From: Amoebidium appalachense
Taxonomy: Eukaryota; Protista; Ichthyosporea
Assembly (NCBI GenBank): GCA_963693365.1
Contig: CAVNZM010000012.1
Coordinates: forward strand, 8,870,001-8,934,000
DNA length: 64,000 nucleotides
Reading direction: 5' to 3'
Below, piece after piece: positions 53,881-64,000 of the stretch. Positions within the stretch are counted from its first letter, which is position 1. Each line of letters starts with the position of its first letter. A program made the position numbers and the translations under genes. Under the pieces are notes generated by a model, which was given only the letters and a program-made list of their open reading frames with translations, was not told the DNA's origin and ran no database searches.

Positions 53881-54781
53881 TGACACAAACACACACTGTG
53901 ACACAAACGTTATCACACACATGTGCATACAAAAATCTTTTAGACTCAAAGTCACACTCAATTATTCACAGACAAATAGTGACACAAACAGCGAGACACG
54001 CACGTACGCACACCCGAGGGGGCACGCAACACACACACGCACGCACAAGCACGAACGCACACAACACAAATTTATACAAAACATGAACACACCGTGTCAC
54101 ACAAGTACACACACAACCGCGCATAGATAACAGAAGAGGAAAAAAAGGTGTGGAATCAAGAAGGGAGAAGGGGGGGAACGGGGAGGACGACGGAGCAGCC
54201 TTCCAAGACCTGCCTTAAACCAGACCATGCCAGGGACACACGTAAACGGTACTGTTCAAAATGCGCTGGAGATTGAACTTTCGGAAATGTAGTTGGACTC
54301 TAAAACTTTAATCAAGACGGGTTCACATTAATTAATAAGTTATTTAAACATTATATAACCTTAATGCTAAACAGTATGTAACCGTGCATGATTACATCAA
54401 GTCATTCTATAGATACAAAACCTTGGATAACGGTGCATATTAATTACATTACTGATGAACTTTACACTCTCAGAGCCAAATCATGCAACTCGGCTTAGTC
54501 AAACACAACAGCATAGCAACAAAATTTTCGAGTGTGAACGAAGCAGTTGCTGGGCCAGATGCTGCTCATAAATAGGATAGCACATATCATTAATATTCAT
54601 GGCATTTAAACTTTCAGTTCAAATAATACCGTCACGTTAACAATCGGTACAAACCATAAAGTAAACTCAAACAGGTGACAAAATGGGAATTCGACGATAC
54701 ATGTACACCGGTCACTTTGAGCTAACCCGCTGTTCTTTGCCGACAAACCCTACAAATGGAGGGTCGAGCCAAGGCGAGAGC

Positions 54782-57175
54782 CTAGATTTTGCCGACCACA
54801 AAGGGAATGTAGTAAGCCCATCTGGAGGTGCCGCTGAACTTGTTTGCTGCCGCACACGTTGCCTGGGTGGTGGAACCAGCCATGGGCACACACTGGCCAC
54901 AGCCAAAGGTCGTCTCCCCACTAGCGGCATACACATAGTGCACCACCACAACAAGGGGCTGGCCGGACGGGCACTTGAGCCCCTTGACGGACAGGTTCGT
55001 GTAGCTGTCGACGAGGGTGGAGGCCGGGAGGGAGTGTTGGGCCCCCACACAGGTCAGGCCGTTGCACTTGCTGAACTGGCCGGGGATGGGGGTGTTGTCC
55101 TTGGAGGGAATCCCGGCCTTGGTGCATGCAATGGCCACGTGTGACTCCTTGATTGCAAGACCGCTGGCACGGGTGTCAATGGTGATGTTAAGTTTGGGGT
55201 CGCTGGTGCTGTACGGCGAGTCGGAGACCGTCACCACGCCACCGCGGTTGTATTGGCCAAACAGCGAGCAGAAGTCAGAGGCCTTGCACTTGTCGTCAAA
55301 GCGGCCGGCACCAATAAACCCTGAGTTGCAGCTGCACGTGTAGCTGCCGTCGTTGTTGTTGCAGTTGCCCTGACCGCCATAGCAGGCGTTGATGGTTGTA
55401 ACCGACGACAGGCACTCGTTAATGTCTGTGCACACGGCACTCTTGGTGCCCTGTCCTGTCCACCCAGCGTTGCACGGGCACGTGAAGCTGCCCTCGTTGT
55501 TCAGACACGTGGCATGTGTGGTTTCGCACGTGTTGTTTTCGGGTTTTGCACACTCGTCGATATCCACACAAACGTGGGTTTTGGTGCCCTCACCCATCCA
55601 CCCGGCGTTGCACGGGCACGTGAAGCTGCCCTCGTTGTTGAGACACGTGGCATGTGAGGTTTCGCACGTGTTGTTCTCGGGTTTTGCACACTCGTCGATA
55701 TCCACACAAACGTGGGTTTTGGTGCCCTCGCCCATCCACCCGGCGTTGCACGGGCACGTGAAGCTGCCCTCGTTGTTGAGACACGTGGCATGTGTGGTTT
55801 CGCACGTGTTGTTCTCGGGTTTTGCACACTCGTCGATATCCACACAAACGTGGGTTTTGGTGCCCTCGCCCATCCACCCGGCGTTGCACGGGCACGTGAA
55901 GCTGCCATCGTTGTTGAGACACGTGGCATGTGTGGTTTCGCACGTGTTGTTCTCGGGTTTTGCACACTCGTCGATATCCACACAAACGTGGGTTTTGGTG
56001 CCCTCCCCCATCCACCCGGCGTTGCACGGGCACGTGAAGCTGCCCTCGTTGTTGAGACACGTGGCGTGTGTGGTCTCACAATCGTTGAGGTCTGCATCGT
56101 CGCACTCGTTGATGTCCACACACTCGGTGCCGAGGTCATTGGGCTGGTAGCCTGTGTTGCAGGGAATGCATTCGCTGCTGCCGGCAGTGTTCTTGCACAG
56201 GTGTGTGTCAAGGTCGCAGCCAGACGTGTGCTCGGCACATTCGTCAATGTCCACACACTGGCTCCCGTCCGCATTGGGCCGGTAGCCGCTACCACAGGGG
56301 ACACATTGACTGCTGCCAATGGTGTTCTTGCACAGACTTGTCTCGAGGTCGCAGCCAGACGTGCCCTCCTCACACTCGTTGATGTCCTCGCACGTGGTCA
56401 GTGCAATGCCGCCTGCCCATTGGTACCCGCTGTTGCACGTGCATTCATCGGCCACACAGCGCATATTCAAGCCAGTGCAAGTGTCGCTGCACGGGACGTC
56501 CATGATGGTGGGGTTAGACGTACCGCTTGTGCTAGGCGTAGAGGTAGAGGTGGACGTTGTGGAGGGATCCGGTGTGGGGGCGTTTTCAATGCACCAAGCA
56601 GGCCACTTGCCGATCAAAGTAGCATCAGTGCCCGTCTTTGTGCATCCGCAAACCCACCCAATACTTGACTGTGTCCACCCAGTGCAACCCCAACCGGTCT
56701 CCGTTCCGCGGCCGCCGTTGGCGTAGAGCACATCCACGACATTTGCATGGGCGTAAATTGTAAACTTGTCGTTTGCGCCTGTGCAGCCAGCCAGGGTGTT
56801 TCCGGTGCCGCTGAGAGGGAACATGTACGTGTAGATGGTAGTGCCGCTTGCATGGCTGGCTTGGGCGCCCGCCGTTTTGTACGAGCCATCAGTGGCATAA
56901 TTCTTGAATGAACCCGGAGCAGTAATGGTCATTAGACTCTTGTCGCATCCGACGCCAATATGTGACACAGTGAAGGAAGTGCCGAGCATTGTGATTTTGA
57001 AGGTCACGGACACGCTGGCAGCCGTCACGGCCACGTCGATGGTGCCGACCTTGTTGTGTTGGCCCGCGACAAAGTCATAGCTGGTCGAGCCTAGCATGGC
57101 CCGGCGGGTGATTGAGAGAGCGTTTGCAGCGCCTGAAAGGTAAAGCGCTGCAATCAATGCTTTGATTCTACTCAT
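54782..57175 (-). CDS. Secreted 797-aa protein: signal peptide, N-terminal beta-rich domain, S/T linker, ~9 EGF/Ca-binding EGF repeats, second copy of the beta-rich domain; intronless
   Basis: MSRIKALIAALYLSGAANA signal peptide; eight D-I-[DN]-E-C...C-x-N-x-x-G-S-[FY]-x-C type modules; no TM segment; CCAAT boxes upstream (~57296, ~57323). Confidence 0.92.
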   Translation of the reverse strand: MSRIKALIAALYLSGAANALSITRRAMLGSTSYDFVAGQHNKVGTIDVAVTAASVSVTFKITMLGTSFTVSHIGVGCDKSLMTITAPGSFKNYATDGSYKTAGAQASHASGTTIYTYMFPLSGTGNTLAGCTGANDKFTIYAHANVVDVLYANGGRGTETGWGCTGWTQSSIGWVCGCTKTGTDATLIGKWPAWCIENAPTPDPSTTSTSTSTPSTSGTSNPTIMDVPCSDTCTGLNMRCVADECTCNSGYQWAGGIALTTCEDINECEEGTSGCDLETSLCKNTIGSSQCVPCGSGYRPNADGSQCVDIDECAEHTSGCDLDTHLCKNTAGSSECIPCNTGYQPNDLGTECVDINECDDADLNDCETTHATCLNNEGSFTCPCNAGWMGEGTKTHVCVDIDECAKPENNTCETTHATCLNNDGSFTCPCNAGWMGEGTKTHVCVDIDECAKPENNTCETTHATCLNNEGSFTCPCNAGWMGEGTKTHVCVDIDECAKPENNTCETSHATCLNNEGSFTCPCNAGWMGEGTKTHVCVDIDECAKPENNTCETTHATCLNNEGSFTCPCNAGWTGQGTKSAVCTDINECLSSVTTINACYGGQGNCNNNDGSYTCSCNSGFIGAGRFDDKCKASDFCSLFGQYNRGGVVTVSDSPYSTSDPKLNITIDTRASGLAIKESHVAIACTKAGIPSKDNTPIPGQFSKCNGLTCVGAQHSLPASTLVDSYTNLSVKGLKCPSGQPLVVVVHYVYAASGETTFGCGQCVPMAGSTTQATCAAANKFSGTSRWAYYIPFVVGKI
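55440..56120 (-). repeat. Near-identical 138-bp coding tandem repeat (46-aa cbEGF) x~5
   Basis: CACGGGCACGTGAAGCTGCC recurs every 138 bp (e.g. 55611, 55749, 55887, 56025). Confidence 0.92.
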
Positions 57176-58643
57176 GTTGCTATTGCTGTGTAGAAGTCTC
57201 TTCACACCCTTGTACGTATACTATCAGTCCTGCGCACTGCCCATCTGCAAGGTTTGTAGGATGCTTTATATACTGCCGACATCACAACAAACAACCAATA
57301 GGCGCGCAATTGATACAATGAACCAATCAACGGCTTTGTGGCTTCTGGAAGAGATAAATCACCCTAAACTGCCCGACACCACACTTGCGCGCGCTGGCAG
57401 GCTGCACTCAGGTGCTGTAGACAACAGGGACCGTCAAATTGCAAATGGAACGGAAATATCCATGTAGACTATCCTTCTCTGTATTGCTCCTGTTCCTGTA
57501 GGTTCATTTTGCTCTATTTTCATATTTGTTGTAGCTTGCAGTTGAGTTCAAAAACTGTCGCAATTCACGCGCTAGCATATATGATAGATAGCCTCTACAA
57601 AAAAAAAATAAAAAAAATCTTGTGCCTGCCCGGCAGATCTAATCTTGCTGATAAGCATCCAATCTGTTATGTGGCCTTCTCCTTTTGAAAGTAGAATAAT
57701 CGCCTACTCTTGACTCCCAGTCTTGAGGAGTAATATGAGCTACATATGGACCCACAAAAAATATAGGAACAAACTCTTTTTTAGCTTTCTTTATTTGGTC
57801 CGCGGATGGTCAGCTTCGAGAAAATTAGAAAGCATAATTCGGAACTTGGAATCGAAGTCAAGATGCTGGGGGGGGTTTATACACTTTTAAAAACTTGTAT
57901 TGCTGCGGACATCGTCGACGATCAGGGGGTTTACACACTTTTTATTGCGTGGACACTGGCGGAGCCCCAGCCACATTCGGCCTCACTTGATGGCCGGGCA
58001 CGGCCCACTGCGTTTTCCAGCACAGCCAATCAAATGCAGCTAGTGACTTATGTACACTGTATGCTCTTTCAAACGATTGGCTATTTGATATCATGATTGC
58101 ACAGATCTATCTATCGGGTACCCCGGGCTAAAAACTTTGTGTCTTGCATGAGACCACGTTACCACGCGGGCGACCATCATATGCATATCATAAACTCCAT
58201 CATATATACGTACGTTTTACGAGAGGGAGCCCTACGTATTGTGATATTCGTAATTTCCAGTTGTTGAATATTGTGAACATAGGTAATTTGGTGTCTTTAA
58301 AATATATATAAACTTTGAGGCAGTTGTAATGGCCTATATTTTCGTTGAGGAAACTTGCACGATATGATACGCATGCTGTGTCACAGCACGCGCGCTGTTG
58401 TGCCAGGCACATGTCCAAGCTCCAATCATGGCAAGGCTATGTTAAAAATGATTTTCCTATATGTACACAACACCATAATAATATTCAGATATAGGCTCGA
58501 CCTTTAATTATCTCATTAATAGCTAACTTGTATGCTATGATTGATAAGTCGACCATGAGCCACTTTAGTGGCACACATGCACACATGCACACATACATGT
58601 GTGTACACCCACACACCCACCCACCCACACCCACACCCACACA

Positions 58644-58759
<116 letters not shown>

Positions 58760-58973
58760 CACGCACGCACGCACGCACACGCACGCACACGTGTACACAC
58801 ACATCCACACACACACACACACACACAACACACACACGCGCGCGCGCGCACGTACACACGCATACACGCACGCACATGCACACGCACACACGCACACACA
58901 CACATACACGCACACACACACACACACGCACACACACAACACACACAACACACACACACACACCCACACACAC

Positions 58974-59056
<83 letters not shown>

Positions 59057-59874
59057 GCTTGGGTTGGGACCGGGCTACGAATACATTATGTACTTAGAAT
59101 ATTCTGAATAGAGCAACAAGAGTTATCAATGAAGTCTCCACGACTAATTTAAATTTGTATAAATATTGTACTGCAGTGAATTTCGAAGAATGGAGCCTGA
59201 ATAATATTGACACGCCCGCAATACGGCCCATCAGCCCATCGTGCTCCACGAGTTACACAAAGAATGTCGCTCGTGCGAAACTTTGTGACGCGTCTCGAGG
59301 ACCACTGGGCGCCGGCGGGGGCTAGCCCAGGTGCAGCACGTGCAGCCGAGCACAGTGCAAATTGTCCCTTAGTATACGTAGACAGAGGATCAATATATCC
59401 AATACTATTTGACTCTTTGGGCGATTATATGCTTTTAAGCCTATTACTTTTACGCATGCAATCGATGTTGCAAACACTGTTGGAGAAATAAGAAGAAAAG
59501 CCCTACATAGGGAGACACGAGCCAGGCACGCCCTCATATGGGGCACGTTCTATTCGACCGACCAATAGGAATAGGCCGCCACAGGGATTCGACACAGGGT
59601 TTCCTTGATTGCACAACATGGTTTGAGGCCAAACTCTCATATCATACCGGCACTAATTTTTTGGTTTATGAACTGCTCAAATGTCTTTCATTTTTCTTTT
59701 ATTGAACTTTTTTTAACTGTTGCTGAAAACAAAGATCAGATGCATAGTTTTATGGCCTTGGCTGAATTATGATTGGTTGATCACAAAGCGCATTTGTATT
59801 CGCTGATCTACATTTTTCCATCTGCTCTCCGGCTTTCCTATTGGGTTTCAAATGTCGCTCCCCCGCTCCCCACT

Positions 59875-59925
59875 TTCTAACCAATCATATTCCGCTGGCT
59901 GAAAAGCCACTGCTATATAAATTCG
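59875..59925 (+). promoter_or_regulatory. CCAAT + TATA promoter of the transporter gene
   Basis: CCAAT at 59881 and TATATAA at 59914, ahead of AAAATGG at 60042. Confidence 0.6.
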
Positions 59926-60041
59926 CAGTGAAGCGACATGCACCTCAGATGCGGACTGCACTTACCAACACGAGTCGGTACAGCCTGGCACCTCTACGCA
60001 GAAGTCCCACAACACTCTACCTATATCAACACACCACAAAA

Positions 60042-61466
60042 ATGGCTTCTGTTGACTACGACTCCAAGATCAAGGTGGCCACTGTGGCTGACCCCTCTGG
60101 CGATTGCGTCTCCATCGGAAGCAACGGCGAAAACGAGCAGACGGAAGGGAGCGCCCGCAACTCTTCTGTGTTTGGCGGCATGGCAAACCTCACAAACACA
60201 ATCATCGGCACCGGTGTTCTTGCTCTCCCCTTTGCCTTCGCCCAGTGCGGGTGGCTGGTTGCCATTTTGCTTATGGCCTTTTCTCTGTGTGCGGCTTTCC
60301 TTACTGTCCATCTATACAGCAAGTGTTGCCATCGAGTGGGTGGTGACAACACGTCGTATGGCGGTGTGTTCAAGGAAGCATTCCCACGGCTCGGCTGGGT
60401 GGGCGACTTTGCAGTGATCTTCACGTGCATTGGCGCTTGCATCTCTTATCTGATGGTGGTGGGCGACCTCATGCCGCAGTTTGTCGAGCAGGTGGCTGGC
60501 CATGGGTCTGGTGTCTCTGCAGATAGTTTCCTTTACAACCGTTTGTTCTGGATCGGCATCGTGTTTGCTGTTGTGGGTGCCCCCCTTGCCTGCATGCCCA
60601 ACATCGACAAACTGAAGTTCACCAGCACACTGGCTATTGTTGCCGTGCTCTACGTCATGGTGGTTGTGCTTCTTTTCTTCATTGCCCCCTCCTCCTCCTT
60701 CGACGCCTGCAACGGGCAGGATGCTGCCACCTGCCGCGGTGCCGTTGAAATGGTCCATGCAGACGGACTGGGTGTTTTGCGCGCCCTCCCCATGTACATC
60801 TTCGCATTTGCCTGCCAGGTCAACGTCCCTGCCATCTACAACGTCATCAAGAAGCCCAGCGTCAAGTCCATGGATATCGTTGGTGCCGGGTCTCTCGGTC
60901 TCGTGGGCGTGGTGTACATGTTCTTTGGTCTGTGCGGAGTACTTACCTTCGGCACCAAAGTCAGCTCCAACATTCTCACCGACTACCCCATCACCCCCGT
61001 CGTGTCTGCAGCTCGCCTGATGCTCGCGTTTGTGGTCTCTGTGTCCTACCCCGTTCTCTTCCATCCCACACGTGACGCCTTTGTCAACCTTGTCCACCAG
61101 GCCTTCCACGTTGCAGGCAAGGGCGATGTTGTTGCTGCCCCTCGCGCAAACAGTACACGTGCTGTGTTCTGGGTGTGCACCGTGGGTCTTCTTGCTGTCA
61201 CAGTGTCTGTGGCCATGACAGTAAGAGACCTCGGCCTGGTGTTTGGTATTGTCGGCGCTACCTCTTGCACCATGTCGGCATTCATCATCCCTGCAGCGGC
61301 GTACCTGAAGATGTTTGTGTACAATGACGCACAGGCAGACGCCGAGAAGGGATGGGCGCCCCCATCTGAGAGCAAGTGGGCAGGTGTGAAGAAGGTCGGT
61401 GCGTGGTTCCTGGCTGTGTTTGGTGTCATCTTTATGCCTGTGGCGGTCACGGTTATGTTTATCTGA
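60042..61466 (+). CDS. Amino-acid transporter, AAAP/Aa_trans family (SLC38/AVT-like), 474 aa, intronless
   Basis: NLTNTIIGTGVLALPFAFAQCGW, LKFTS, IFAFACQVNV, SYPVLFHPTR, VFGIVGAT...FIIPAA; about 11 hydrophobic segments. Confidence 0.93.
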   Translation: MASVDYDSKIKVATVADPSGDCVSIGSNGENEQTEGSARNSSVFGGMANLTNTIIGTGVLALPFAFAQCGWLVAILLMAFSLCAAFLTVHLYSKCCHRVGGDNTSYGGVFKEAFPRLGWVGDFAVIFTCIGACISYLMVVGDLMPQFVEQVAGHGSGVSADSFLYNRLFWIGIVFAVVGAPLACMPNIDKLKFTSTLAIVAVLYVMVVVLLFFIAPSSSFDACNGQDAATCRGAVEMVHADGLGVLRALPMYIFAFACQVNVPAIYNVIKKPSVKSMDIVGAGSLGLVGVVYMFFGLCGVLTFGTKVSSNILTDYPITPVVSAARLMLAFVVSVSYPVLFHPTRDAFVNLVHQAFHVAGKGDVVAAPRANSTRAVFWVCTVGLLAVTVSVAMTVRDLGLVFGIVGATSCTMSAFIIPAAAYLKMFVYNDAQADAEKGWAPPSESKWAGVKKVGAWFLAVFGVIFMPVAVTVMFI

Positions 61467-61993
61467 TCTGCCTTAATAAGATATGCATAAGATATGATTG
61501 TCTTGCCGAGGCGATATTATAGTTAAACACTAGCTAGGCCCCACGAATGCATGGTGGGCCAAATTCTAAATTAGGGCCATTGGTGCGATCATTAGGAATA
61601 TGAATCATTTTATTATTGGTGGTGAGAATGATTTTTAAGTTCTTTAAAGATTTTAAAACGCGGTCTGTTGCTAAATTTTAATTTAACCAAATACGGGCAT
61701 ACATGTCCCAACGAGGGCGCTGTGCGCTCATAACCGTATACGAAACATAGTTTAAGGGTAGTGCGCTCACCACTTTAATAAAATTGTGTTTCATCAAACT
61801 TTTAAATCACAGCCAACCACCCCTTTCTCTAGATCAAACAGTCATATACATTCAGTGTCTCGGATGGTGGGTTAAAACGAACGGGTGATGGTTGTTTTAA
61901 AAATAAAATTTTATATGAGTCATATGTAAAAACGTGGCTACGAGTGCTTGTGTTTGTGTGTTTAAATGGGGGTGGGTGGGTGGTGGTGGTGGT

Positions 61994-62033
<40 letters not shown>

Positions 62034-62441
62034 TTTGTTTTCTATTCAGTACATAAGTCTCCTCCTTTAGAGTCTGAACCCCCCCCCCCCCCCCCCAAAA
62101 ACCCCAACTCTTTATCCCTGCTTTGCAGCGTCCTACACCCCCTCCCTGAAACTCTTCGTGGCCAACCACACACTCAAACTCCATAAAGTATATCCGTCTA
62201 TCTCTTTCTTCGCTTTTCTAATGCATGGACTGTTGTGACTGCCCGTGCACGTGGAATGATGCACACGCGCATACAAACTCACTCACTCAATCACATGCAC
62301 ACACACGTAACCACACATACACAACAAAAAGGACAGACAGCGATATGGTGGTGGTGGTGGGCATGGAGGAGGTGGAGGTGGTGGTGGTGGGTGGGTGGGT
62401 GGGTGGGTGGGTGGGTGGGGGGGGGGGGGGGGGGGAGGGGG

Positions 62442-62477
<36 letters not shown>

Positions 62478-63348
62478 GGGGAGCGGGGGGGCGGAGGGGG
62501 GGGGGGGAGGGAGAAGGAGGTGAGAGGAAGGGGGGGGGGGGGGTAGATTCGGATTGGCCGAGTCGTTTGAAGTGGAAAAATCACAAAGACCAACCTTAAG
62601 GAGTGGTGTATGATTTTAATCCAATCAAGTGTACTCATTCATATGCTTTCCAGAGTGCAGGCGATTATGTACAAATGGCTCTCAGTGGTCGTGTACCACA
62701 CCCAGCAAGTCATAATATATACATTATATGTACAGAAAAATGGTATAGCCCGCTCAAAAACAGGAACATATACCATACTATACACAATCCGAGGCATCTC
62801 CGCATCCAGTACGAAGTTTACATGGCTCGCCCAGTTAAAACACCCAGTTTGTGCAACACCGGCACCACTCACACATACCCAAAATTACCGTTTGCTCGTA
62901 TGAAAAATTAGCTGATTTGTAAAGGGAACAAGAGGTGATTTTTATCAATCATAAACGTCTACTTTACAACAACAATCCATCACGCCATCTACCCCGCCTG
63001 AGCACCAGAATGCCATTTGTCTGCTGTGTGCATTCAACCCCCCGGAATTGTACAAGTGTCTTGCACCGGATCCCCCAGCCTCAGAGACCTGTGGGGAGAT
63101 ATCGTCAGTTCGTGATACAATATTTTTGAATGAAAAAGAAAAAAAATAGAGTGGTAGCGTTAGAAATGCGCGGGTAAATTGGCCTCACTGCATCACCTGC
63201 AAGCGCAACCAATCAGCTTTGATCAACCAACACCCCCCCCCCTCCACCCTCCCCTTTCCTTGGAACCTCCCCACCATCCCTCCTATATAACACTCCAATC
63301 TCACCCACCAACCCCAACTCCCGTCCCCCCTTCTCCGTCCACCCCAGA

Positions 63349-63611
63349 CTACGTCTCTCCTGGCTCTTTCATCCGGCAGCGGTTTTGCTTACCACACATT
63401 GCCGGGAAGGTCCCGCTCCCCGCCTTAGCCAATCGTGCGTACTCGTTAAAATCGGCCTTAACCTGAGCTGCCGTTAAGTCGTTGCGATACCACCACATGG
63501 CGTCTATTTTTGGCGCCACTGTGCCGCGTGCAGTGCACCCTGCACTAGTCCACCATTGGGCCATGCAGCCAGAGGGGAACGGACCGGTGGCGGTGTCAGC
63601 AACACTGCATC
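63349..63611 (-). CDS. Terminal exon of a gene starting beyond the window; Cys/Trp-rich extracellular-type module
   Basis: Branch point ACTAAC and acceptor ATCAG| at 63612; open frame CSVADTATGPFPSGCMAQWWTSAGCTARGTVAP...WWYRNDLTAAQVKADF...ET*. Confidence 0.55.
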
Positions 63612-63930
63612 CTGATTTTAAAAATGTAAGTTAGTTTTATATTGACGTGTGTTATGCATGTTTTCTCCCTAGTTACCGCTTCTTCTTACAAATCAATCGT
63701 GCACCAAAAAGCACAGAAAAACACTTGATGGTGGAACAGATAAACATAAAATGCCTTTATCACTCGCAAGTTTTCTTCGTGTAACATCGATACTGGTGCC
63801 AAACCGTCTCAAATAATTTATTGAATCTGTTTCCTGTGCAGCACATTTGAATAGATTTGTGTGCGCACATTGCACATCCCAACATGTGGTACCGTTCTCT
63901 AAACCCACAAGGAACATTGACCAGGTGGCG

Positions 63931-63970
<40 letters not shown>

Positions 63971-64000
63971 GGGGGGGCCGGGGGGGGGGGGGGGGGGGGG

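Noticed and set aside
55389-56726. Long + strand ORFs overlapping the EGF gene
   Set aside because: Antisense shadows of a GC-rich repetitive CDS.

Overview
Eukaryotic genomic DNA with spliceosomal introns, CCAAT/TATA promoters and very abundant poly-G/poly-C and (GT/CA)n tracts. Most of the supplied ORF track is low-complexity noise. The style suggests a unicellular opisthokont or protist, but this is not provable here. Genes reconstructed by hand: (1) an 8-exon Sec14/CRAL-TRIO gene on the minus strand (9187-12990, 5' end unresolved), with frameshifted copies of its last exons at ~5 kb, ~27.9 kb and ~32.7 kb; (2) head-to-head with it, a 6-exon ~1538-aa DDE transposase-like gene (14879-22782) with an intact WRN-type 3'-5' exonuclease inserted in the catalytic core; (3) a C2H2 zinc-finger/AT-hook factor split by one extra C; (4) an intronless secreted Ca-binding-EGF repeat protein; (5) an intronless AAAP/SLC38-like amino-acid transporter; (6) the last exon of a gene running off the right end. 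The main unexplained signal is a family of 13 non-coding units in two oppositely oriented clusters (0.5-8 kb on -, 29-37 kb on +). Each has an upstream CCCACAATC box 59-63 bp (mostly 61-62 bp) before a 65-132-nt segment bounded by a GGGTGACC...GGTCACCC terminal stem with a variable interior, usually followed by a TGCTGAA box. This is the architecture of an snRNA-type small-RNA gene family and closely parallels Dictyostelium DUSE-driven Class I RNAs.
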